Shown piece after piece: positions 25,289 to 33,884 of a stretch of 64,000 nt of DNA. Origin of the DNA: an uncultured Actinomycetes bacterium (GTDB taxonomy: Bacteria; Actinomycetota; Acidimicrobiia; Acidimicrobiales; Acidimicrobilacustridaceae); NCBI GenBank assembly GCA_963702555.1, contig CAVPCW010000011.1, forward strand, positions 499,753-563,752, read 5' to 3'. Both the position numbers and the translations under genes were made by a program. A model generated the notes under the pieces. It was not told the origin of the DNA. It worked only from the letters and a program-made list of their open reading frames with translations, and searched no databases. Within the stretch, counting starts at the first letter, position 1. The number at the start of each line of letters is the position of its first letter.

Positions 25289-26569
25289 TCAGATGCCGCG
25301 ACGGGCGTTGTCCAGCTCGATGTGGCGGGCGTGCAGCTCGACCGCCTTGTGCGCCAGCTCGTGGGGGACCGTCGCGAACATCGGCAGTCCCGCCGTCCGC
25401 GACGGCAGCCCCACCGTGGCCTTGCCGTTGGCGGTCTCGACTCCGCGCTGGTTGACCATCGTGAGCTCGATGTCGACGACGTGGCCGGCCTCCTCGACCC
25501 GCTTGTCGACCACCGACGCGCTGAGGAACTGGGTGTCGCCCTGGTAGTTGAACTTGCGGATCGAGTCCTCGAGGCGCAGGAGGCAGCCGTCGTCGCCCAT
25601 CCAGTCGGTGACGTGGTGTTGGAACCAGCTCTGGCGCATGACCCCGTAGTCGTAGGCCATCGGGTTGCCGATGGCCTGGGCCCACGCCGAGTCCCAGTGC
25701 AGGCGTTGTGCCACGTCGGGGACACCCATCTCGTTCTTGATGTAGAAGGGCCTGATACGGGTCCGGTTCTTGTAGCCGACACGCGAGGAGCGCAGGCCGT
25801 AGGGCACGAATCCGTACCCGCCGGCATGGAAGGCGATGATCTCGGTGACGGTGAGCGGGCCCTTCACCATCGGCTGCAGCTCGTCACCGACGGCCACGTC
25901 CTCCCACCACCGCTTCTCCGGACCCCGTACCTCTTCGTTGGAGTAGATCTCGTCGATCCGTGCGATGTCGTCGTCGGTGTAGTGAGCCGGCTCGATGTCG
26001 AGGTACTTGCCGCGGTCGCGGGACTCCTTGCGGGCGGTGAGGATGGTGAGCACCCGGTAGACCCCGACGACCTCCACGCGCTGGTTGAAGATGGCCTGAC
26101 GGCTGACCTGGATCACCGAGCGGCCGGCGAACTCGGAGTCCTTCGTCTCGACGGACTCGAGCCCGCTGAAGCTGTAGAGGCGGTCGCCGGGATAGACCTG
26201 TCGGTAGAAGTCCCACGTCCCGCCGGAGACGAAGACGTGGATGCCGCGGAACAGGCCCTTGGTGGCTCGGGCGATGTCCTTGGGGATCGGGTCGCCCAGC
26301 AGCGGGGCCTTGAGATGGCCGATGAAGGTGGGTGACGCCACCTGTGAACCCCAGCGGGTCGTTGGTCCGTACTCCTCGTCGACGTGCAAGGGGTTGTCGT
26401 CACCCATCCCGAGCGCCCAGTTCCGGATCGCGTCCGGCGTGGCCGTCGAGATGTGCTCCCGTCGGCGGTTCGTGGTCTCGATCCCGATGAGCAGCCGTGC
26501 GTTCTCGATGTCCTCGTCTGACAACTCGTAGGACACGGCGCGCTCGAACTCGGCTTCCAGGTCGCTCAT
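25289..26569 (-). CDS. MaoC-like/FAS1-like acyl dehydratase with two hotdog domains
   Basis: ATG 26569 (MSDLEAEF) lies behind GGGGAG, within track ORF 25289-26782. The sequence DAIRNWALGMGDDNPLH is typical of the N-terminal hotdog, and the second half is MaoC-like. Confidence 0.75.
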   Translation of the reverse strand: MSDLEAEFERAVSYELSDEDIENARLLIGIETTNRRREHISTATPDAIRNWALGMGDDNPLHVDEEYGPTTRWGSQVASPTFIGHLKAPLLGDPIPKDIARATKGLFRGIHVFVSGGTWDFYRQVYPGDRLYSFSGLESVETKDSEFAGRSVIQVSRQAIFNQRVEVVGVYRVLTILTARKESRDRGKYLDIEPAHYTDDDIARIDEIYSNEEVRGPEKRWWEDVAVGDELQPMVKGPLTVTEIIAFHAGGYGFVPYGLRSSRVGYKNRTRIRPFYIKNEMGVPDVAQRLHWDSAWAQAIGNPMAYDYGVMRQSWFQHHVTDWMGDDGCLLRLEDSIRKFNYQGDTQFLSASVVDKRVEEAGHVVDIELTMVNQRGVETANGKATVGLPSRTAGLPMFATVPHELAHKAVELHARHIELDNARRGI

Positions 26570-26610
26570 CCCGGCTCCCCTTTCCCCCCGGCTGCCCAGT
26601 CGGGCCACCG

Positions 26611-26639
26611 CCGAAAACCTATCGCCATTAGGGTTTCGG
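26611..26639. promoter_or_regulatory. Imperfect 11-bp inverted repeat CCGAAAACCTA-N7-TAGGGTTTCGG (a second operator type)
   Basis: Lies in the divergent region between the dehydratase (start 26569) and the hydratase operon (start 26664). One mismatch between the arms. It differs from the TGAC box. Confidence 0.4.
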
Positions 26640-26663
26640 CGACGCTGCCGAGAGGATCTGCGA

Positions 26664-27467
26664 GTGCCAGACGCTGCCGCATCCACGCTGATCGCCGAGC
26701 AGGCGACGGGGGTGTTGACCCTCACCATCAACCGACCCGAGCGGGGAAACGCCCTCGACGGACCGACGGTGGACCTGTTCATCGACGTCCTCCAGGATCT
26801 GGCCGCCGATCCGGGGGAGGTCCGTGCCGTGCTGCTGCGCAGCGAGGGCAGTCACTTCTGCACGGGCGCGGACATCGGAGGCGCGGATCGCGGGCAGAGA
26901 GGAACCGTCGGGCACATGGTTCGCGCCCTCGGGCGGGGGCCTCACCGGCTGATCGAACTGCTGTGGGACTGCCGCCTGCCGGTGGTGGCCGAGTTGACGG
27001 GCCGGTCCTCGGGCCTCGGTCTCCACGTCGCTCTGACCGCAGATGTCACCGTGGCGGCCGAGAGCGCCACGTTCGCGGAGCCGTTCGTCGACCGCGGGTT
27101 CAGCGTCGACAGTGGCGGCTCGTGGCTCCTGCCCCGCTTCGTTGGCCTCACCCGCGCCAAGCGGATGCTCTACACGTCCGAGGTGGTCGACGCGTCGACC
27201 GCCCTGGAGTGGGGGCTGGTGTCCGAGGTGGTGCCCGACGCCGGGGTCGCCACGCGCGCCCAGGGGGCCGCCCAGAGCCTCGCCCGGCAGGCCACCTTCG
27301 CCCTCGGTGTCACCAAGGGATTGCTCCACCGTCACCTCGACGGCGACCTGGGCGCCGCGGTGCAGGCGGAGGCCGAAGCCATCGAGCTGACGATCCGCAG
27401 TGACGACTTCAAGGAAGGGATCCGCGCCTTCTCGGAGAAGCGTCCCCCCGACTTCAGGGGGCACTGA
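26664..27467 (+). CDS. Enoyl-CoA hydratase/isomerase
   Basis: 267 aa. GTG start behind AGAGGA. Motifs LTLTINRPERGNAL and FCTGADI. Confidence 0.85.
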   Translation: MPDAAASTLIAEQATGVLTLTINRPERGNALDGPTVDLFIDVLQDLAADPGEVRAVLLRSEGSHFCTGADIGGADRGQRGTVGHMVRALGRGPHRLIELLWDCRLPVVAELTGRSSGLGLHVALTADVTVAAESATFAEPFVDRGFSVDSGGSWLLPRFVGLTRAKRMLYTSEVVDASTALEWGLVSEVVPDAGVATRAQGAAQSLARQATFALGVTKGLLHRHLDGDLGAAVQAEAEAIELTIRSDDFKEGIRAFSEKRPPDFRGH

Positions 27468-27531
27468 CCATGGTTCCCCCGCGCCCGGATGATCCGGGGC
27501 CCGGCCAAGGCTCGTTCCCTAGACTCCTCGG

Positions 27532-28311
27532 ATGAGCAGCATCACGGTCAGCCTCGATGACGGCATCGCGACCGTGGTGTTCGATCGGCCGCCGGTCAAC
27601 GCCATCGACCGGCCGTCGATGGTCGAGCTGGGGGAGATCTTCGCCTCGTTCGAGGCCGACCGGAACGTCCGGGTGGCCATCTTCACCTCGGCCGGTCGGC
27701 GGGCGTTCATCGCCGGCGTCGATCTGGGTACCGTCGGGGGTGGCGAGTCGGATGAGGAGGATCCGGGTGCGCTGCTGGATCCCGGTCGTGTGGCTCGCGA
27801 TGCCATGTGGGCGATCACCGACTGCGCGGTGCCGGTGATCGCGGCGGTCAACGGGCCCGCCATCGGGGCGGGACTCGCGTTCGCCGCGTGCTGCGACATG
27901 ATCGTCGCCAGCGACAACGCCACCTTCGGGACCACGGAGATCAACGTCGGGCTCCTCGGTGCCAGTGCCCACCTCTCCACCCTGGTCGGTCGGCACAAGG
28001 CGAGGGAGATGTTCTTCACCGGCGAGCTGGTGCCGGCCGCCGATCTCCATCGCATCGGTGCCGTGCGGGCGGTGGTGGAACACGACCAGCTCATGCCCAC
28101 GGCACTGGAACTCGCTCGTGCCCTCGCCGACAAGAGCCCGATCGCCTTGCGCATGGCCAAGGCGTCGATGAACCAGGTCGAGGGCCTCCCCCTGAAGGAG
28201 GCCTACCGGATCGAACAGACCTACACGGACAGACTGGCCCGCTTCGAGGACTCGTCGGAAGCGCGAGAGGCCTTCTTCGAGAAGCGAGAACCGCACTGGA
28301 AGTGGCGTTGA
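27532..28311 (+). CDS. Enoyl-CoA hydratase/isomerase
   Basis: 259 aa. Motifs VVFDRPPVNAI, FIAGVDL and a C-terminal FFEKREPHWKWR. Confidence 0.9.
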   Translation: MSSITVSLDDGIATVVFDRPPVNAIDRPSMVELGEIFASFEADRNVRVAIFTSAGRRAFIAGVDLGTVGGGESDEEDPGALLDPGRVARDAMWAITDCAVPVIAAVNGPAIGAGLAFAACCDMIVASDNATFGTTEINVGLLGASAHLSTLVGRHKAREMFFTGELVPAADLHRIGAVRAVVEHDQLMPTALELARALADKSPIALRMAKASMNQVEGLPLKEAYRIEQTYTDRLARFEDSSEAREAFFEKREPHWKWR

Positions 28312-28335
28312 GCGGCGTCGGGACGCGGTGGGTGA

Positions 28336-29340
28336 ATGGCCGAGGGTGACCAGCGACTGCTCACGCCGGCAGACGACGACTTCCATGCCCCGGTGGCGGA
28401 CGAGTGGTGGTCCCACGAGACGTGCTGGTTCTGGTTCTCGGTGCCCGAGAGGGCGTTGGGGGCCTGGATCTACAACTGGATCCGACCGAACATCGGCGTC
28501 ACCGGTGGGGGGGTGTCGGTCTGGGATGACAGCACCTCCTCGCACTGGGAGGCGCCGTACCACTCGAACTACTCCAACCTGCGTCTGCCCGCGCCGCGTG
28601 ATCTCCGCCGGATCACCTTCCCGACGGGGGTGTCGGTGGAGATGCTGGAACCCCTGAGCCGCTACCGCCTCTCCTTCGCCGACGAGCCGATGATCTCCTT
28701 CGACCTGGAGTTCGCCGCGGTGATGGAACCCTGGGTGAGCGTGGTCGAGGTCGACGGGGTTCCGCGGCCCAACCACTTCGACCAGTTCGGACGGGTCACC
28801 GGATCCCTCGACCTGCACGGGGAGCAGATCGAGGTCGACTGCCTCGCCATACGCGACCGCACGTGGACGATTCGATCCGAACGGTGGAGGCGCGGGGGCG
28901 GGTACGGCTACACGAGCGCGGCGGCCGACTCCGGCGAGTCGTTCCTCGTCATCGGCGACGAGGAGTCGGTTCACGGCTTCGTGGTGCTCGATGGGCGGAG
29001 GTCGGGGCTGGTTGCCGGTGGTCGGCGGGTCGAACGCCATCCGGAGCACGGGTATGTCACCCGGGTGATGATCGACGCCGCGGACACCGAGGGCAGGACG
29101 CTGGTGGCCGAGGGTCGGTCGATCAGTCGGATCGCCATGCCCGTCCCGGGCGTCCACGGAGTGGTGTGGGCCAGCGTCGTGGCCTGGACGATCAACGGTG
29201 TCGCGGCATGGGGGGACGATCAGGAGCCGTGGCCGGTCACGGGCTGGTCGAGGCTGCCGTCGAAACTGACATCGGCGTCAGGTAGTCGCTACGCTCTTCC
29301 CAGCGGACGTACCGGGGGGTCGTGGTGCAGCTCGGGTTGA
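28336..29340 (+). CDS. Hypothetical Trp-rich protein, 334 aa, embedded in the hydratase-ACAD operon
   Basis: Good G/C third-position bias. The N-terminus reads EWWSHETCWFWFSVPERALGAWIYNWIRPN. I could assign no enzyme family with confidence. Its 3' end overlaps the next ACAD start and contains a box. Confidence 0.65.
   Translation: MAEGDQRLLTPADDDFHAPVADEWWSHETCWFWFSVPERALGAWIYNWIRPNIGVTGGGVSVWDDSTSSHWEAPYHSNYSNLRLPAPRDLRRITFPTGVSVEMLEPLSRYRLSFADEPMISFDLEFAAVMEPWVSVVEVDGVPRPNHFDQFGRVTGSLDLHGEQIEVDCLAIRDRTWTIRSERWRRGGGYGYTSAAADSGESFLVIGDEESVHGFVVLDGRRSGLVAGGRRVERHPEHGYVTRVMIDAADTEGRTLVAEGRSISRIAMPVPGVHGVVWASVVAWTINGVAAWGDDQEPWPVTGWSRLPSKLTSASGSRYALPSGRTGGSWCSSG
29266..29282. promoter_or_regulatory. 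Candidate operator box CTGACATCGGCGTCAGG
   Basis: Lies 40 nt upstream of the ACAD GTG at 29322, inside the 3' end of the preceding ORF. Confidence 0.4.
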
Positions 29341-30479
29341 GTGCGGATCAGGAGCTCCTCAGGTCGACCACACGGAAGTTCCTCGAGGCGGAGAGTCCTC
29401 TCACCGATGTGCGAGCACTCGCCGACGACCCGGCCGGGTTCACGAGGGACTACTGGCGCCGGGCGGCGCAGCTCGGGTGGACCACCATGCTGGTGGCCGA
29501 GGCCGACGGCGGGGGGAGCCTGAGCGGTGAGGGCCTCCTCGACCTCGTGATCGTGGCCGAGGAGATGGGACGACTCGTCGCGCCGGGCCCGTTCGTTCCC
29601 ACCAACGTGGTGGCCTCGGCGCTGAGTCGTTCGGGTTCTGCGGACGCGCGCTCGGAGTTCCTTCCCGGCCTCGTCGACGGCAGCCTGGTGGCGGCGTGGG
29701 TCGCCTCTGACGGCATGCCGTCCCGGGCGATCGGCGGCTGCCGGGCTGATCGATCGGCCGATGGCTTCGTGCTGAACGGGGTAGCGGCACCCGTCGAGGC
29801 AGGAGCACAGGCCGACGTGGTCCTCGTGACGGCGGCGACCGAGGCCGGCCCCACCCAGTTCCTCGTCGACACCCGCGCCCGTGGGGTGACGGCGGTCCCG
29901 ATGGGCTCGATCGACCTGGTGCGTCGTTTCGCCGAGCTCCGTTTCGACGACGTCGCCATCGCTGCGCCCAGGATGGTCGGGGAGATCGGTGACGCCGCCG
30001 TCGAGCTGGAGCAGCAACTGCGCATCGCGTTGGTGCTGCAGTGCGCGGAGACCGTGGGAGCCACACAACAGGTACTGGACTTCACCCTCGCGTACGTCGC
30101 GGACAGGTACTCGTTCGGACGACCGCTGGCGTCCTATCAGGCCCTCAAACATCGCTTCGCCGACATGAAGATGTGGCTCGAGGCGAGCCACGGCACCACG
30201 GCCGCAGCGGCGCGCGCCGTGCAGGACGGGGCGGTCGGGGCCGGTGAGCTGGTGAGCGCCGCGAAGGCCTACGTCACCGTCAACGCCACCGAGATCGTGC
30301 AGGACTGCGTGCAGATGCACGGAGGCATCGGGATCACCTGGGAGCACGACCTGCACCTCTACCTGCGCCGCGCGACGTTGAACCGGGGCCTCTACGGTTC
30401 TCCGGCCGATCACCTCGAACGCATCGCCGGTCTCCTCGGCATGGGCGAACCCTCCGCGATCGGGTGCGCGGACCGATGA
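29322..30479 (+). CDS. Acyl-CoA dehydrogenase family protein, beta-type partner
   Basis: 385 aa. Clear paralog of 2924-4069 (for example GPFVPTNVVASALSRSG, QMHGGIGITWEHDLHLYLRR). Confidence 0.85.
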   Translation: MVQLGLSADQELLRSTTRKFLEAESPLTDVRALADDPAGFTRDYWRRAAQLGWTTMLVAEADGGGSLSGEGLLDLVIVAEEMGRLVAPGPFVPTNVVASALSRSGSADARSEFLPGLVDGSLVAAWVASDGMPSRAIGGCRADRSADGFVLNGVAAPVEAGAQADVVLVTAATEAGPTQFLVDTRARGVTAVPMGSIDLVRRFAELRFDDVAIAAPRMVGEIGDAAVELEQQLRIALVLQCAETVGATQQVLDFTLAYVADRYSFGRPLASYQALKHRFADMKMWLEASHGTTAAAARAVQDGAVGAGELVSAAKAYVTVNATEIVQDCVQMHGGIGITWEHDLHLYLRRATLNRGLYGSPADHLERIAGLLGMGEPSAIGCADR

Positions 30480-31762
30480 CGGTCGCGAGTGCGATGGAGC
30501 CGGTCGAGTCCTTCCGGGTGCGAGCCCGGCGGTGGCTGGCCGAGAACCTTGCTCCGGCCGACGCCGCCACCGGCACCCGTTCCGACGAGCGCCATGAGAG
30601 GGAGCGGGAGCTGCAGCACCGCATCTGGGTCGGCGGATTCGCCGGCATCTGCTGGCCGGCGGAGTACGGAGGTCTCGGCCTCGACCTCGCCCACCAGCGG
30701 GCCTTCGACGACGAGTCGACGGGCTACGACCTGCCGCTGTCGTTCAACATCCCGACGTTCGGGATCCTGGCGGCGACCCTGATGGACTGCGGTACCCACG
30801 AGCAGAAGGCCCGACACCTCCCCGCCATCCTGAGGGGTGAGGAGCGGTGGGTCCAGTTCCTCTCCGAGCCGAGCGGCGGATCAGATCTCGCCGGCTGCAT
30901 CACCCGGGCCGACCGCGACGGGGACGTCTTCGTCCTCAACGGGTCGAAGATCTGGAGCTCGGCGGCGGCGGTGAGCGACTACGCGATGTGCCTGGCGCGC
31001 ACGAACTGGGACGTTCCCAAGCATCGCGGTCTCACGATGTTCATCGTGGAGATCCACCAGCCCGGCATCCAGATCGACCCCATCGAGCAGGTCAACGGCT
31101 CGATGGAGTTCTGCCAGGAGTTCTTCGACGACGTCGTCATCCCGGAAGCCGACGTGGTGGGCGAGGTCGACGACGGCTGGAAGGTGGCCTCGCGGCTGCT
31201 CCTCCACGAGCGCACCGCGGTCGGCGGTGGTTCGCCGTACACGAGCGGTCGGTCGGCCGGCACCTCCAATGCCGGACCCGACCGTTCCCTCCTGCGGCTC
31301 GCCGAGGCGACGGGACAGAGCGCGGATCCCCGGGTCAGGCAGATCGTCGCCGGCCTCCACGTCGAGCACCTGGTGAACGGCCATCTCGTCGAACGTGTCG
31401 CCGAGGGCATCCGCACCGGCGCCCTGCCCCCGGCGTCGGGCTCGATGACCAAGCTCTTCCACGCGGTGTACGGGGTGAAGCTGGCCGAGGCCGCCCTACA
31501 GGTCGGTGGTGCCGAAACGGTGGTCTGGCCGGAAGGGTCCGATGGCCTCGGGCGGGTGCTCGGCGAGGCCAGCCTCTCCCGCCAGGCGATGTGCCTCGGC
31601 GGCGGGAGCAACGAGATCCAGCGCAACATCATCAGCGAGCGGGTGCTGGGGATGCCCCGCGAATGGTCGGCCGATCGGGACGTGCCCTACCGCGACGTGA
31701 AGCGCAACACCATGCCTGTCGACCCACGACACCATGCATCCCCGGGGAACGAGCCATCGTGA
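30476..31762 (+). CDS. Acyl-CoA dehydrogenase, alpha-type partner
   Basis: ATG 30476 overlaps the preceding stop (ATGA). Paralog of 4116-5387 (FLSEPSGGSDLAG, GGGSNEIQRNIISERVLGMPRE). Confidence 0.85.
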   Translation: MTVASAMEPVESFRVRARRWLAENLAPADAATGTRSDERHERERELQHRIWVGGFAGICWPAEYGGLGLDLAHQRAFDDESTGYDLPLSFNIPTFGILAATLMDCGTHEQKARHLPAILRGEERWVQFLSEPSGGSDLAGCITRADRDGDVFVLNGSKIWSSAAAVSDYAMCLARTNWDVPKHRGLTMFIVEIHQPGIQIDPIEQVNGSMEFCQEFFDDVVIPEADVVGEVDDGWKVASRLLLHERTAVGGGSPYTSGRSAGTSNAGPDRSLLRLAEATGQSADPRVRQIVAGLHVEHLVNGHLVERVAEGIRTGALPPASGSMTKLFHAVYGVKLAEAALQVGGAETVVWPEGSDGLGRVLGEASLSRQAMCLGGGSNEIQRNIISERVLGMPREWSADRDVPYRDVKRNTMPVDPRHHASPGNEPS

Positions 31763-32937
31763 ACGACACGCACACCCACCCGGCCGACGCGTTCGGGCGA
31801 GAGCTGCGGGACTGGTTCTCCGCGAACTTCACCCCGGAGGTGAAGGCGTCGCTGGAGCTCGGTGACGATGACATGCGGTTCGACGCCCAGCGCAGGTGGA
31901 ACGCCACGCTGGCCGACGCCGGGTACGCAGCGATCTCCTGGCCGGTCGAGTACGGAGGGCGGGACGCAGGCATCGAGGAGCAGCTCGCCTACAACACCGA
32001 ATCGGCGCGGGTCGGCGCGCCTGGCCCGGTGAACGCCATCGGGGTGGCCAACATCGCACCGGCGATCATGGCGATGGGCACCGACGAGCAGAAGGAGCGG
32101 TTCCTCCGGCCGATGCTCCGCGGGGACGAGGTCTGGAGCCAGGGCATGTCCGAACCGGGCGCCGGGTCGGACCTCGCCTCACTGGCGTGCCGGGCCGTCC
32201 GCGACGGTGACCACTTCGTGGTGAACGGTCAGAAGACGTGGAACTCCAACGGGGACCGGGCCGACTGGTGTCAGCTCTACGTGCGCACCAACCTCGATGT
32301 ACCGAAGCACCAGGGCATCACGTGCCTGCTGGTCGACATGCGTACGCCGGGCATCGAGGTCAGGCCGATCCTCACGATGGCCGGGGACCGCGGGTTCAGC
32401 GACGTGTTCTTCACCGACGCCCGTGTCCCGGTGACCGCGCTGCTGGGGGAGATGGACGCCGGGTGGGCCGTGGCCACCAACACCTTGTCGAACGAGCGGG
32501 CGGGCGTGGCCCGCATGTACCTCGATCTGCGCGCCTCCTTCGACCGCCTCCTCACCGCCGCCTCGGTCGTCCGGGCCGACGGCACCCGTGCGGTCGACGC
32601 CCCTGTCGCCCGTGACGAGTTGATGACCCGCTTCGTCGAGGTCCGCAACCTGGAGTTCCTGGCCAAGCGGGCGCTCGGCGCCGCCCTCAGCGGGAGGCCC
32701 CCCGGGGCCGAGGGCAGCGTGATGAAGTTGGCCTGGTCGGAGACGAGTCGGGCGCTGTCCCGCACTGCCGTCGACGTGCTCGGGATGGAGGCCCTCGACG
32801 GGCCGTGGGGGCACGGTCTGTTGTCGTCCACCTCATTGACCATCGCCGGTGGCACCAGCGAGGTGAACCGCAACATCATCGCGGAACGGGTGCTCGGGCT
32901 CCCACGCGAACCGAAGCCGTCGACGCCTTCCTCCTGA
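31759..32937 (+). CDS. Acyl-CoA dehydrogenase (third gene of the set)
   Basis: GTG 31759 overlaps the preceding stop (GTGA). This is the C-terminal 392 aa of track ORF 30847-32937. Motifs MSEPGAGSDLAS and AGGTSEVNRNIIAERVLGLPRE. Confidence 0.85.
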   Translation: MNDTHTHPADAFGRELRDWFSANFTPEVKASLELGDDDMRFDAQRRWNATLADAGYAAISWPVEYGGRDAGIEEQLAYNTESARVGAPGPVNAIGVANIAPAIMAMGTDEQKERFLRPMLRGDEVWSQGMSEPGAGSDLASLACRAVRDGDHFVVNGQKTWNSNGDRADWCQLYVRTNLDVPKHQGITCLLVDMRTPGIEVRPILTMAGDRGFSDVFFTDARVPVTALLGEMDAGWAVATNTLSNERAGVARMYLDLRASFDRLLTAASVVRADGTRAVDAPVARDELMTRFVEVRNLEFLAKRALGAALSGRPPGAEGSVMKLAWSETSRALSRTAVDVLGMEALDGPWGHGLLSSTSLTIAGGTSEVNRNIIAERVLGLPREPKPSTPSS

Positions 32938-32995
32938 GCATCGGCCGCCTCGGTCGGACGGGGGTCGGGCCGACGGACACCGATCCGTCGGCCCG

Positions 32996-33012
32996 GCTAA
33001 CATCCATGTCAG
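32996..33012. promoter_or_regulatory. Candidate operator box GCTAACATCCATGTCAG
   Basis: Lies about 25 nt upstream of the SDR start at 33035/33041. Confidence 0.45.
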
Positions 33013-33034
33013 TTTCGACTGGGGCCGAGAGGGA

Positions 33035-33860
33035 GTGACCGTGGACGATCCGCTGCAGTACGAGGGCGCCCGTGTGGTGGTGACCGGAGCCGCCTCGGGC
33101 ATGGGTGCGGCGTGTGCTGCTGCGCTCACCGAGCTGGGCGCGGAGGTGCACGGCATCGACATCAACGACGGCGGCGGGGGACTGGCGGCGTTCCACCGCT
33201 GCGACCTCGGGGATCCCGCGTCGATCGACGCCACGGTCGCCGAGATCGGCGGGTCGGTCGACTCCCTGTTCAACTGTGCCGGCCTGCCGACCACGGCCCC
33301 GAGCCAGAAGATCGTGCTCGTGAACTTCGTCGGACACCGGCACCTGACCGAGGCACTCATCCCTCACATGGGGCCTGGCTCGAGCATCGGGTTCATCTCC
33401 TCGGCCGCCGGCATGGGCTGGATCATGAACATGGCGAACTTGTACGGCCTGCTGATGACCCCCGACTTCGAGGCCGCCCAGGCCTGGTGCGCGGACAACG
33501 CCGTGCTCATCGGCGAGAACGGTTACGGGTTCTCGAAGGAAGCCATCAACGCCTATGCGGCCTTCCGTGGCTTCCAGCTGGCTCCCGAGGGGATCCGGGT
33601 GAACGCCATCATGCCGGGCCCGACCGACACGCCGATGATGCCGTCCTTCGTCGAGAGCATGGGGCGAGGAGTTCTTCCAGGCGTTCCCCAAGCCGGTCGG
33701 ACGGAACTCGACGCCCGAGGAGCAGGCCTGGCCGCTCATCATGCTCAACAGCAGGCGTTCGAGCTACGTCACCGCGACGACGTTGATGACCGATGGAGGG
33801 TTCTCCGGTGGTATCTACACCGGTGGCATCGACCCGTCGGTGCTGACGCCGCCGGCCTGA
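33035..33860 (+). pseudogene. Short-chain dehydrogenase/reductase interrupted by a +1 frameshift (pseudogene or sequence error)
   Basis: The frame from 33035 is SDR-like (VVVTGAASGMG) up to ...TPMMPSFVESMG. After the G-run at 33661-33664 the sensible sequence continues only in the next frame: EEFFQAFPKPVGRNSTPEEQAWPLIMLNSRRSSYVTATTLMTDGGFSGG..., ending at TGA 33858-33860. Confidence 0.7.
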
Positions 33861-33884
33861 GACCTGTCGCCCAGGCGACGGGAG

